Below are positions 25,721-39,439 of a stretch of DNA of 64,000 nucleotides, one piece after another. Source of the DNA: Oculina patagonica (taxonomy: Eukaryota); the NCBI RefSeq assembly GCF_052425735.1, contig NC_135762.1:23250001-23314000 (forward strand). The letters run 5' to 3'. A program made the translations under genes and the position numbers. The notes beneath the pieces were generated by a model that ran no database searches, was not told where the DNA came from, and saw only the letters and a program-made list of their open reading frames with translations. The stretch's first letter is position 1, and the number at the start of each line of letters is the position of its first letter.

Positions 25721-27715
25721 AAGATAACGTGGGAGATAAAATAGTTCTTAAAAAATCTTAAGCTTGTTTCGTACATACTTCAGTGCGATAAGCCCTTTCA
25801 CCTTAATTGTCGTATAGTATTGTTCGCTGAAAAAATCTGACACCAAATTCATCTTATTACGTTGTTAACAAGTTTGACGTTAAACGATTATTTCAATTCA
25901 GGGACAATGTAGCGAAAGGTTATCTACTGAGGCATGCTGTGGAACCCTTAATGCTATTTTCTGTGATGTAATTTAATGTAAAAATTCACTTGGATTGCAT
26001 GATTCAATCTTAAACTGAGATTAAAGCGTTGAAAAACATGTGGGACGCATGCGAAGGTAAAATAATTTAATTCAAATTAGTGATGAAAGGGTACCCTGTG
26101 TCTGCTCGATGACAAGGGTTCCCTGTGTAGCATTCTTTGAGAGGCGGTATAATGTTCTTTGTTGATTTTCGGCTCAAAAACAAAACAAAAAAAGAGGCGA
26201 TGAAAGCAGACAATAGTATTATTATTACCCATTCCTTGCATGCGTTGATGTAACTCCTTTGTGAACGCGTATTTTCTTTATTAAGGGCAAGTTACTGTCG
26301 ACGCGACATAAGGTTTGCGACGAAGCTAAAATTAGATTACAAAATGCCCCGAAGGGCAAATGCAATGTAGAATTCCCGTTGTTTTTCTTTTGTCCATGAT
26401 TCATAGCACGGACTGATTCCGTTTTCTTTACTTGGTTGGGCTTTTTCCTCGCACGGCCTTTAGTTTTCATTGCGATCTGATTGTCTTAGTTCGATGCGTG
26501 GGACCAAAGCAAGCGTGACTTCATAAAAGTCGCGTGACTAAAGAAATATTTGGAAAAAACCGCAACATATTTCACTTTTCCCAGTTTAAGATTCCTTCCG
26601 TTAAAAAATCAATGAAACGTTTACCTCCCTCAATCACCACCTTTGAGTTCGTTCTAAGACAAAAAAAAACTGCTCTCGGCACTGTTAAAAACATTTCAAA
26701 GATTCAAGACTATTGCGTATATCAACACCCCAACTACCGCACGAGTTTCCGGGGTTTTCCTAAGTGGCCCTTATGCGATGAGGGCAAAAGGTCTCCCTTT
26801 CAAGATATATTTATCTTGACGACAAACCTTGCCTATGAAAATTCCTATTTGTTATGTCTGCCGTCTAGGATTTTCTTGAAGAAAAGTTTTATAGTCGGAC
26901 TGCCGCAATTTTCCGCCACCGAGAAAAATATGAACAGCTTATCGCCCGCGTATCCATGTCAGAAAGTCCGGGGTTTGCCTGGACTTATCCAAATGATTTA
27001 TCTCTAACAAGTCATGCACTCGGTAAGTTTTTTAATCTCGATACTACCGTTGTTAAATGTTTTTCCGTTGTTGAATCTTTCCGTTGTTCAACTTTCCAAC
27101 AACGAGAGTGCAGTGTTTTGCAGTGAAACAATCTGCAATGTTAATAGATTGACGAGACTGATTCATCGAAAAATGGACAGCAAATTCTTTGATTTCCTCG
27201 TCAAATCGTATTAACAACAATAGAGGTATTAAATCCACTAATAAAAAGATCAACTCGTGTTTCTTAACCTTATTTCAGCACTAATACCCCACGGCAAACA
27301 GCTTTAAGCCGCTCGGCGAGGAAGCTGCGACAGCCAAAAAATGTGTTACAGTAGTTCGCACGCAATCAAGTGTTTTGTGAATGTTGAAAGTAATAAACAC
27401 CTACAAGTGATTTTATTGACACGTTTTCATCTACGTTTCAACAAAGCTGTTCTTGTAATTTTTCATTTATCTCGGGTTTCAACGTGAAATGCACCCGGCT
27501 AGCAAGCTGGTTTTTTCTCGATAAAATCTCGGTTATGTTCGTTGTTGCACGTTGAGAAACAAGTGGGGATGTCAAATAGCTACCACACCGCATGTGATCA
27601 GCATTCTATGAAAACGTGCTGGCATTTTCCCGCAATTTCAAAGGGTTCTCCAAGCACGCACGTCTACGCGACAAGATACGTTTGCTGTGTTATATAAGGA
27701 ATGAAGCATACTCAC

Positions 27716-27827
27716 CGAAAGCAGAATTGCAGTATTCATTTTGCGGATGACTCGGTAAACACGAACAAGCGCGACATACTGAGATGAGCGCATTACACAG
27801 GAAAAACACCAGCAGAAAATAGGCCAT
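27716..27827 (-). CDS. TIMP: TIMP-D exon 1; not in the ORF track
   Basis: Hand translation: MAYFLLVFFLCNALISVCRA-CSCLPSHPQNEYCNSAF, G|GTGAGT donor, phase 1. Confidence 0.93.
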
Positions 27828-30800
27828 TGTCTGTTTCACCAGAATCACGCTCCTTAAATCTGTTCCACGCGTTGCACTTCAATGTCGTTTTCACGTCCTC
27901 GCAGCGTCGAAAGCCCAAAGGTGTATATTCTCTATGGACGACAATTTCTGTTGATCTCTTTGCAAGCGAACCGAGTGTGAAGGTCGTTTTATTTTACGGT
28001 ATCGCTCTCTGTAATCGGATATAGGGCGTCTACAAAGCTGAAAAAATTCAACCCTTTTCGAGAAGTTGTGATGTCACCACGCATTAAAAATACATTTTAA
28101 AGAACAGGGAAAAGTCACGCCTGATAAGACCACACGGGCTTTTTTTCGTATTGAGTTGTCTTTTCGCATTGTCTTATTCTGGACGAAATTTCCACTCTTG
28201 AAGATAAGGGGAAAAAGGCAGAAAATATCCAATACGTAGAGGGTGTTTATAAAACCTGTTTTTAGTGGAATATTTCTGTCATACTATGATGTGTTTATTT
28301 TTGTTTGATATTCAAGATTCGCTTGAGCATAATAAATTACGCGGTTTTGCCGGCATGATTTGTTTTATCTAAACACATTTCAAAACCGTATTTTTATTTT
28401 TATTTTTTGCCTGTCTACTTTTTTATTATTGTAGTGTTTAAAAGGGATTTATAGCCGTCTGTTACGCTGGCTATGGAATTTTTAGGAAGTCATTCGTGAC
28501 CCCTTGCAACGGACATGTTTGGATTGTCTTTTCCTGAAGAATTAAAAATATTTGTCCTTAATTCTACTGATAAGAACATTTTTGGCATTTTCAATGAACT
28601 TTTCTAAGTGGTTTTATAGAAGAAGTAATTTTTTTACGCGCTCATTGTCCAATAATGCGTGCGTTGTTGCTTCGCATATTTTTCTCGTTTTCACCAATTT
28701 ACAGTTTCGAATGATCTCAGGAAACTATAATCAAAATTTGCCAGCTGATTACAGCCTTGATTGCGTTCTAACTTATAAAACACATGCTTTGCACTTGAGA
28801 CCGTAATTTTTCTCCGTTTAAAACGAAAAAAAAGTGTTCATGTAATGTTTCAATACAAAATACTAGAAGGAATGCTTGCTTAGCAAATCCATGAAGCCTG
28901 GTAGTTTTCAAGTGGATATAAATTTCAACACATTATCACAACTATTAAATGCAGAAAGAAAATATGTAACTGAAGGAAGGCAAAGAACTCAAAACGCCGC
29001 GTGTGGTTTAAGATTATTTCCTTAACTAAAGGGTGGTTTGAGCACTTTCTAGCGGTTTTTGCCCCAGAGTAATTCTTTGGAATGTTTTCTTTTGAATTGT
29101 GTGATCTGCTAATCAAGATAACAGGAGAACGGAAATTGTAAGCTTTTTTGTTGTTCGGCGACGCGAAAAAATGCGTTAAATAACGCTCCTTTATTGGCTG
29201 TGGTTTTATTTGTTACTTGTATCTGTATGGTATCGGTAAATCATTCTTAACTACAATATATTGATGTAAATCACTTCTTTTTCAGCGAGTTTGAGACTAG
29301 CTCGTTCACCTTGTCCTATAGAAGCTCGCAGAGTTGAATTTCGTCAAACTAATTTTTGGATTTTTTCCTATGAGGATTTTTTCCGTTCTGTTTCCCGAGA
29401 GATTATTCAATAGTATTGGTTCGACAACAGTTCGGCTCCTTGCCAAACTTTTATTCACGATAGTTCCATGTCGGCTTACAGCTACTGCAATTGTAGATTA
29501 TGGAAGATTATTTGGGATTATAATGCCACGTCAGAGGATATGGATTTCTAATACTTGCAACGATTTACTAAGACTACCCGCGCGAAAATGAAATAAACCG
29601 TTTGAGTGGAGGGGTGTGGCTAGAAGATTCCTTATCGACATTAACGATCGTGCCTCCTTTGGTTAAAATATCATCGTTTACCGTTCAATTTAAACGCTAC
29701 ATTTTTCGGTACCCAGTTAACCACCGGCCCATTTATCAGGCGTTTTTATCTTATCTTAAATAATCTTTATTGGAACCTTGTCGCGGTAAACCATCCCCAG
29801 CTATATGTAGCATTAATTTGTTATCATTTGCATCGTTATCTAACGGGCAATTTTAAATACAATTAAGCTTAGTTTAGCCCAGGTTAGCCAATTAGCTTTA
29901 AGTGTGTTTCTTTCAATTCGGTATCAATATATTAAGCTAAGCCCGGCTATGAAATGTACAGTGGATATTCAGCATATCTTGAGATGTGAACAGTTCTTAT
30001 GAAATTGCGTAAAATGATCTGCGACCATCCAATCTTGGAAAAAATTCTGACGATGTTTGGTCACCTTGGCGTCAATACCTCTTCGATATAAAGGCTCATT
30101 GCTGTGAATACATGATCATAATTGCGTATAAGGTTACTATTTTTAGCAAAAAGCTTACAGAATCTTAGTCATTATTAGAAGCTAAGTTATTGTCGTAAAT
30201 TTTAAAATGCTGCACAAGTTTTGTTTACGACAATTTTTGCCTTTCTGCGCGACGATCTAAATACGTTACATTTGAACAATTTGTTGCCATATTTTCTAAG
30301 TTAGTACCTCAATTACGCGATGCCAGCATACTTTAACTATGTCGACGCATCGATCGAAAAGCTCACACGATAAGCTGTATTAAACGAATACAAAATTTGT
30401 ATTTCTTTCTAAATGATCCGAGATCATTTCGTGGTTTTGTCCGCCATTTTGAAAGTCCCTAGTGCAAAGATGGGGCCCACGAACTCAGTTTTGGCAACTA
30501 TTTGTACGGGAAAACGACGTGGAATGATTTCCGATTGACCAAATTTTATTTCATGAATCAATCGAAGTCTTCAATCTTGAGAAACCGGACAAAAGAGGTT
30601 ACTAGTCAAATTTGAGAAATGTCTGTTTTGCTGGAAAGCATTCATTCAAGTTTTCAGTATTGTCTGTATTGTTACGTAATGACTTGATCTATTAATTACT
30701 ATCTCAGAACTTTCTAGCAATTGGTAGTGGAACGATCTCACTGTAATAACTTTAACATGACGTTAACAGGGTTGTTAAGGCCACTTTATGATCTTTACCA

Positions 30801-33800
30801 TATATTACCTCGCCGGCTTCATCAGAAGAAATTTGCGTAGGTAAAAGCATTAAGGACCATTAAGGAGTTCCGAGCCAAAGAACGTAGTCATTACGCAATT
30901 TTGTAGTTTTGGAGCACTCCTGCTGTGTCGAGCATCAGGCCATCAACAGCAAAAGCATGCAGAGAAGCGACCCACGTTTTACCAAAAGCTGCTCACTATG
31001 AAAAGAATTGGGTGGGATCGGTAACATTCTCTGTTAGAACTACAGCGAACCTCCCTTTGACAAGATGTTATTTTAGCCTGTATTGTTAAATTGACTTCTT
31101 ATGTTTTCAGTTAACATGTTGTCATAATATTTTTAATCTGGCTATATTACGTCTTTCTTTATCATTGTGGAACGTATTATTGTGATTCGCTGTTAAATTA
31201 TACAATGTATGAAGGACTTTACTTTATAACTTTGTAATTCATTTGGAGATATTCACCTCAGTAGAGTAATATAATTTAAAATATTAAACGGCAAATGTTC
31301 ACTGTGATAGCAGACCAAATAACCTTAGAAATTCCACATTGTGTGAATCCCCAACAAACATGCATGACTCGACTGGCATGCAAAACAATAATATTTAAGG
31401 AATGAATTCTATCCAGTTGGAACTCCTTGTCGAAAGAAATCATTTATGCGATTGGATAAGCATTTGAGTAATCTCCCACCATTCTGAGCAAGATTTTGTT
31501 TTGTATATATTACCAACTTATTTGTTTAGAAACTGTGGTTTGAAATTTACAATGGTCATCCCCACCTTATACGAATCACATATTTCGATTTGATTTTTTT
31601 TAATAAAATATATAACGCCAAAGAGGAATTTGAGAAATTGATACCAACGAGATATTATACCTGATTTGCATTAAAACTTATATTGGTAATTTCAATTAAG
31701 GAACACTGCTATATTTGCGGAATATTTTTAGGTGCAAGCATTTCCTGTGGTGGAATTTTGCATTGATCGTGTAAAAAGTCCCAAACATTCATTTAATCGG
31801 CCACAAAATTTCGTGCCATGTTTACTTGCAACTAATCCCAAAGAAATTCAATTGACAAAATGCCGGACGTTTTAAAGATTGTGTTATGGCATGTTGATGG
31901 AACTTGCAAAAGAACCCATTAAAATATTCCAAATGTCAATCAACCAACATGGCAGTGATGACGTCATATGCAACCAACAATTTAGCACTTTCGACAAAAA
32001 CTGCGTTACCATGTTTGCAGATAGCCACAGACTTATCCATAGAGTCGAGTTCTATCATTGGTTTAAGGTTTTTTTTTTCTTTAAATAAACTAAATTAAAT
32101 TAAACTTCCCCGTGATTTTGTTGAGAAAAATTTTTCCGTAACGACCACAAAATCCCCACGTTTATAAGAAACGGCAAAAATATTGGAAAAATAACAAGAA
32201 TGTCATGATATGAGTTCGAAATAAATTGCGGAGGTTTTGTAAAAATGAAAACTAATATAGCATGCCCTTAACCCTTAACTAGCATCTTTTCCCAAGGCTA
32301 ATATTTTAATTGAATTCTCGTTTCGATTTAATTTGGTGCATATTTTCGGCCCTAATTCTCTGCTTTAAGCGATAGCGTGCTTAATTATCCTGCAGTGCCT
32401 GCTTTTAGTTGTCGTGACGACGTAAAGAGATTGTAAGATCGTGAGATTACAGCTCGGTTAAAGGACGAATACGCGCTTCTTTCACAGAATTAAATTAAGC
32501 GCACTGAATCAGCGTAATTTTACGAACATGTTCTCCGCGTGACTCGCTGTGTTGTCATGTATAAGGTCATCACGTTCGCTGCGGTTAAGGTTCAGAAGTC
32601 TCTAGATAGTCGCCTAAGTGTACGCAATTAGGTGTATTTAACTTCGCCTACTCTTGCAATATACTCTGCAGTACTTAACTTTTATATTGTCATCGCGGTG
32701 AAGCAGAGCTTTGTGAGCGATGCTGTGAAGAGAAATTAAAACTGCATCTCGAACAATTTCCTTTTCGCGCTTTTAAAGCTAGAAAAGGAACATAAAAGAA
32801 CCCACACACTTCTCAAAATTAGGGACGAAGCCCACGTTGTAGTCTGTTTGCCATTGTGCCTTATGTGAAATGCTGGAGAATTAGCAGTAAAAGCACTCAC
32901 AATCCGAGGGAAAAAGTATCACTTCACTCAGAAAACGAACAATTCTCTCTCAAATAACAATTGCTTGCAAATGAAGTGTAGAGATATCATTTAGTAATGT
33001 TGAACAGTTCGAGACTGCAAAGGAAGAGGTCGGATATGAAAACTTGGTCAACTTTCTAAGCCAGAATATTCTTCATAATAAATAAAAAGAAAATTCGAGA
33101 ATCTATTTGTATTTTTATTTGGTGGCGCACCTGTAAACTAGGTTTTTAGCTAAGCGAGCTGACCACGTTAATAAACTATTTAAGATTGATTGATTATCAG
33201 ATCTGCTGCCGATCGTTATTTGTCAAAGTTTTGATTTACTGGATGCTAGAAATACGATGAGCGCGGGGAGCGATGGGAGAGATTTGCTCTCCGTATTCGT
33301 TTCTTCTCATCGTAGCTCGCGCGCCCTGCATCTCTCCACAATGTTTGTGTACAACTTTGACACAAACTTAGTTAATATTTAGATTTTGTATTTACAAAAT
33401 GCCAGCATGTGTGGGCTAACGTAGATTGATAGGGTAAATTTAAAATAACTCTGAGTTAGGAATTTTTCTAACTTTTATAGAGTGAACAACTGAACATCTC
33501 TTTTCGAATTTAAACTGGCTTGGTCCTTAACCGATTCAAAGTAAATGAATTGGAAATGTTCAAACCTGGGATTATGTTGCATTTTTAAGTTCCTTTTTAC
33601 TTGCATTCTTAATTGAATTATGCCGCCCAAGTTGCCGCAAATTTGGCGACAATAACTTCTTGAGTTAAGGCTCTTTTTGGAATAAAAAGCTCGAAAATAT
33701 CGAGTTCCTATTGTCTTACCAATAATCTTACAGAGCATAAGTCGTTAATGGAATAATTAATTGTAAGTACTGTTTTTAGAATAGTGTAAGATTCCGAAAA

Positions 33801-35167
33801 ATGAAACCTAGTGACTAAGCCGACTATTGCACCTATTTTTTACATAGGTTCCAGTGGGAACAAAAACATCACCAGATCGTAGAAAATCCCAACAATAATA
33901 TCTTAATTTTATAAAACAGTTTTTCACGAATCAAAGGAAACTGAACCACTGCATGGATTAGTTTAGCCAGGTCTTCATTGGTATTTCATTGCCAAATTCT
34001 TTTTGCAACATGGAATTCTTAAAGCAGAGCTGAGATTGCAGTCTATATTTCGCAATCACAATCGAAACTTTTGTAGATGACTACCCGGTTTAACTTACAT
34101 CACATGGTTGCACAAGAGAAATTCCAGAGTTTAACGTGGCTCTCGTGAGAGAGTGGGAGGTTTAGCAACTGTAGTTTTTACAGTGTCGCAGTATTCCGTA
34201 AGTTGAAGGAACATTTTTCTCTCCCGTTTTGCACAAATTTGATGCAGTTCTTACTTTTTCAACTTTCACAATCTTGTCACAGAGATTATCCGTCTTAAGT
34301 TAATCCATGTAATCGAAGATAACTGTTTGCGCAAAATCCCCGCAAATCTTCTTTCAATTCACAAGAAGTTCATTGCTAAATCTGCAACTACTGAGGCAAT
34401 CCACTAATACAGTGCTGTTAGACTTAGAAGATCAATGGTTCGCGCATGCAACCTGTCCCAAAATTGGATTATGACGTAAATTAAATGAAACGCCCGATCG
34501 CAGGTTAACCAGCCCTGGGACTCTGAAACCCTTACGCTATATACCAGACCATGTTTTGCAACATTTTGCAACCCTGTTCTAGGCTAGACACTAAAAATCA
34601 CTACTGCATCTCAGGGTCTTTTTCTCTATCACTATCGCAGGAACTCGTTTCCAGGTGTCAATTCTTAGTCCAGACTGAATTGTTTATACCACTGATCATT
34701 TTCTCGGGAAATTGATGCCCCACATTGTGGACCAAAACTCTCTTATTTCTGTATTACATCCAGTTAAAACTGCTTGAAAACCATACCCTTCACAGCGGCC
34801 CATAACCATATACGGTAGCTTAGATTATAGTTATAGTTTGGTGTTTTTTTTTTTTTTATGGGAGTACCCCACCCCACCCCCTGACAGGGCTTTAAGCCTT
34901 TGCTAGCTAAACCACAGGAAACGTTGCTTAGTGTAACACCGCCATAACTTTCCAATATGGTTTTCATGTAACTATCTCAAAACTTTCTTAATTTTCCTTA
35001 TCTGTCTTCCCAAATTGCAAGGTGTATCGTTGTTTGTAAGGAGAAATTAGCTGTGAAGCACGCTTGGGAAGTAAAGAATAACTGAATCTTTGAAGTTTGA
35101 ACTTATTTATAAGATAGTATCAATAAACTGCATGTTTTATATTTCTTGTTTTACTTTCTTCTTGCAG

Positions 35168-35230
35168 TTAATCACCCCGAAGTTTCCTGTTGTTGTTAAG
35201 GTCGGCCATGCAAACGGAGGGTACGGCAAG
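35168..35230 (+). CDS. SYN: Synapsin exon (equivalent to human SYN1 exon 6)
   Basis: ttgcag|LITPKFPVVVKVGHANGGYGK|gtaagg; matches synapsin domain C YPVVVKMGHAHSGMGK; 63 nt, phase 0-0. Confidence 0.93.
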
Positions 35231-36954
35231 GTAAGGGTGTCAATGTTGTTGGCTTGTCCCTGTACTTAGTCCTTCCTGTCTTTGAGTTATTTTGCTAACG
35301 AAAACCCAGAGAAAGACGTCTGCAATCGCAGAAGTATAGACAAGATTTAACCTTTTAAATCTTGTCTACTTCTTACAATCGCAGATAAGATTCAGAAAGG
35401 TTAAAAAGCAGTTAACTGCTCAGCTTTAAGTCCTTTCAAATAACCCAGTTTCGATATACGATATTCTGTATTCACACCTAGTTTGGAGGTTTCTTTGGAT
35501 AAGGACAAATAGTCAATTAGAATTAAACCTGAAACAACGTCGCTTCTGCTTAAGGTTCAGGTAACAAAATTGTTACTTCTGTTGCCAATCTTTACCTGTC
35601 TATATTTTAGACCTGATCGTTGTTTTTACCTTTTTTTGAATTGCTGACGTTCACGATCAAAATTAATCCAAAATAGAATTTTTTTCGTTGAAAAGACACC
35701 GGTTGATTTATGGGAGCCTGGCCACGAGTAAAGCCTGGTTTCCTCTAGTTAGCTTGAAGCAGTTCCCAAGCGCCAAGGAGCTGACCCTAATGTTAAAGGT
35801 CGCTTGTGAATCCCATGGCCCACTGGCTGATCATGAGTCTTTGCTTAATCTCAAGTACTAAATCACTGCACATACAGAAACATAAGTAAGTCTTCAAATT
35901 CTTCAAATTGATAAAACCGACAGCCGGTTGGTCCCCCCCCCCCCCCCCCCTCCCTTACCCAGTCTCAATGAAGAAAATAGCTTGTTCTGACGATGCATGG
36001 GATATCTTCTTTGCATGTATTTCATACTGGAACGAGAAGCTGGATTTCAAATCAAATTATTTGCCACATTGTAAATTCTTTGCTATCCTGTTTTTCGCAA
36101 TTCAAGCTCATTTTAAGCGGATACCCCCTGAATCGTCATCTTCCGTTCCCAGAGTGTTTTGAGCTTACTGAATGTATGATTTTTTTTAGAAACATTTTGA
36201 ACCTCGCGGGCTCTTTGATGTCTTTTTCCTGTCCGTCTGTCTGTCTTAGTCATTCCTGATTTTGTACAGTCCTTTCAAAATGGTTTATATTGTAAGGATT
36301 TTCTTCCGCGCGCCCAAAAGATTTCGCAACGTTCCTGGCAGTTACATGTATATAGAGAGTACTTCTACATTACTGCTAGCCATAGTCTCTGCCGACATTG
36401 TTGCAGAACTGTTTTAGTAATGCAGATATAAAAAAACAATGACGATTTATTCAATTAAACAATTATTCACAGGGAAATATCACAATTCGTCATTCAATTT
36501 TCACCGGAATAGTGCCCACTTCAAACTGTCCCACGTGTCTAAAAACACGCGATGGAAACGCATGTAAACCACCGGACATGTACAGAAAATTCTTCGTTTA
36601 CTTATGCTCAGGAAATGGCGGAAAGGGTCCGTTTGCGTGAGAAGAATTTTGTGGTAAAAGAATGAATATTGAGTCTGGTCTGTTACAGTAAAATGCATCG
36701 AGAAAACTAGTTCTTGCTCATGCGCGATATGTTTTGTCATTCCAAGACGTCTGGCATTGTAGCGAGACATCTCTGGAGTTATTATTGATCATTGCTCGAA
36801 ACTACTGAGTAACTTCGTTGTCTAAAGCTGTAGACGTTTCCGTCCGGTCGGTGTTTTCATCTTTTCATTCCCGCAAAGCAGAGCCGACTGAATAATGAAA
36901 CATCACTCTCAAACTTATTAATGAATTCTTCAAGTTAAAACAAAGAAAATCATA

Positions 36955-37190
36955 ACCGTGAAGGAGGTTTGGATACCCGGTCTTAATTAGCATATAACTT
37001 TACGATTTTATTTCTCCGTTTACTCCATAGTTTTTGCTTCGATTGAGAAGATATATCAAACACTCGAGACAGTGTTTCAAGGAATATCAAAACACTTCGA
37101 ATTTCGACAAAAATACTCCGCTGCGCGTCGTTTTTTCAACTCTCTTTGGATATCCCGATGAAACACTGCCACTCGTGTTTGATGTGTTAC
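36955..37190. mobile_element. Hairpin-ended non-autonomous element
   Basis: atcaaacactcgagacagtgtttca ... tgaaacactgccactcgtgtttgat terminal fold-back. Confidence 0.45.
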
Positions 37191-37364
37191 TAAAAGGTTG
37201 TTACTTCTCTTTGTATTTTCATATCAGAACGAGAAGAACCTGAAAATGTCAGAAAACAGTTTCTCCAAAAAGAAGAGCAGCTACTTTCTTAAATTGCTGA
37301 AACTGCAAATTTGGCCATTTTGTAAAATAGCTTCCTTGTAAAAGTTGAAAAACGAAGAGCCGGC

Positions 37365-37660
37365 CACATGAAAGTACCACCTAACAACTATTATTTGAAC
37401 AGTCACACAATAGGGTTTCATCCACAGACTTAAAAGTTAGAACAACCTTGTACAGCGTAATAAACAGAACCACATGAAAGTACTGCTCAATAGCTTTCAT
37501 TTGCATGGTCACACAATAGGGTTTCATCCACAGACTTTAAAGTTAGAACGACCTTGTACAGCGTAATAAATAACGTAATAACTGTTCAAAAGCTTTTATT
37601 TGAATGGACACACACTATGATTTTACGTACAAACTTGAAGTTAGAACCCTTACACACTGT
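37365..37660. repeat. Tandem repeat, same family as 24440-24975
   Basis: About 3 units of ccacatgaaagtac..tttcatccacagact..aagttagaac.accttgtacagcgtaataaa. Confidence 0.8.
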
Positions 37661-38149
37661 AACAAATTGAACAGTACCCAGTCGGCTTTTAATGAATGGT
37701 ACTATGATTTCTTGGAGTTTGTGGATGAAATACTACATTGTTATTTAAAAATAACATAACAATGTTATTGTTCGTTCATTGTTATTTAAAAATTACAAAT
37801 GTTTGACCTTGGAAATTGGTAAACATTGGTTTTCGCCCGCCCACACCCCTCATTCGTGCCATGATCAATTTCCTGCGTGTGACAAATTTCTCTTTCGGCT
37901 ATAAGGACAAATGCAAGATGTCGAGTCATATATAAGATTAAAAGAAATTACATGTATAGACAGAGGGAAATTGTCTTTTATGTCAAGTGTTTGAAGATCA
38001 ATCTTAAGGAAAGTCTTAGCGTCACTTTCAGTGTTGAAAGGTAAGAAACGCCAACTCGTTGGACTATGACCCGCGAGTTAAAACTCTGTCGGGTGTCTTA
38101 ATCAACTAAGTCTACAGTAAAAAAAACGCATATAAGAATCTTTTTACTC

Positions 38150-38535
38150 TCAAAATCAAATCAAATCAAATTTTATTTATACACGTGGACACTAAGGAGT
38201 ACATACAGTTCTCGTTAGAATGTGTACGTGTGTAAAAATAAACAATTAATAGAAATAGAAATAAAAAAGTATATTTAAAATTCTCTAAAACGTTAAAAAT
38301 TATCATCAATATTTACAATTAATATTTACAAGTAAAAAATAAAATATATAATAATTTAAATGTCACAAATTACAGGTACTTAAATTTAAGCCATATAGGC
38401 CTTAAGAGACAACCTCGTCCCAGCGTCTCTCATCTTCCCGCCCCCAGGAACGAGGTTGCTTAAGAGATCTCTTAAAAGATTTAATGTCCTTTGATTCTCT
38501 GATTGTCGGAGGCAACGCATTCCACAGTTTGCAGG
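38150..38535 (-). mobile_element. 5'-truncated CR1/L2 LINE 3' end
   Basis: - strand reads KLWNALPPTIRESKDIKSFKRSLK; ends in aataaa plus a (tttga)n tail. Confidence 0.7.
38410..38458. mobile_element. 49-bp micro-MITE with 9-bp TSD, inserted in the LINE fragment
   Basis: caacctcgtccc ... ggaacgaggttg; TSD cttaagaga at 38401-38409 and 38459-38467; same termini as 59942-60251. Confidence 0.8.
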
Positions 38536-38700
38536 TCATGTAATAGGCAACCACTTTAGGGGTGTGTCAACACGAGCCGTGAACGCCTCTTTGTATTATG
38601 TCTTACAATCACAAATACATAAATTTCATAAACAATATTTGCTGAAAATAACGAGAACTTACAGTACAACCGAATAACAACTATGAAGTTTACAAACTAT

Positions 38701-38777
38701 TATTATAGTTATATTTGCACTGGCAGATGTTCGATTTTTAAAATCGGAACATCTGCCAGTGCAATATAACTATAATA
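38701..38777. repeat. Near-perfect 77-bp palindrome
   Basis: tattatagttatatttgcactggcagatgttcgattt / aaatcggaacatctgccagtgcaatataactataata. Confidence 0.85.
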
Positions 38778-39439
38778 ACATGATAATCCATTACTCGAAA
38801 ACGCTAATCAACCTTTGTCATTGGGTATTTAATTTAGAGGGCGAACTGATGCGGTCGTATGACTCGAATGAATATAAATGAAGACAACGCAATATATATA
38901 CCAACACCCCGCTAATGAGGCATTGTGCAAAATGCCACATAACACCCCCGAGACCGGGTTACGTAACCATGATAAATTCATACATTTTTCCGAGTTAGCC
39001 TAAACAGGTTCTTAAATAGGTTCCTATTTTCTTGGGAAAAAATGTTTTTTGTTCCTGGAAAATGTTGGTACTGTCAGTTGTTTGTTTTTTAGTGTGAAAA
39101 CAGTATGAAAGTCGAGTTGATAGGCTATACGTTATTCCTGTAACTGAAAAGAAGAAACTGCTGTATTTGTGCAGTCACAGTTGTATATAGTATCTACAGC
39201 CCCATTTACACGACAGAAAATTTTTGGCACGGCTCGGGTAAAAATGGTACGCGTACGGAAAAAAATGGTTCGGCACGGATAAGTTTTTTCGTGTAAACGA
39301 CTTTGCCTTACCCAAGCCGAACCAAAATTTTACCCGTGCTCGGACCTAGTCGCGAGGTAGTCCGAGCGCGGATAAAATTGGTACGCGTTCCTGAAAATCT
39401 AACCCGGCTCGAATAAAATGTGTAATGTAAACCTTTAGC

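Noticed and set aside
26534-27007. 157-aa ORF antisense within the TIMP-D intron
   Set aside because: GTG start, no motifs, composition like non-coding DNA.
28000-35100. Additional TIMP or synapsin exons
   Set aside because: No HPQ/CxC, VRAK or synapsin motifs with splice sites found by eye; very small exons cannot be excluded.
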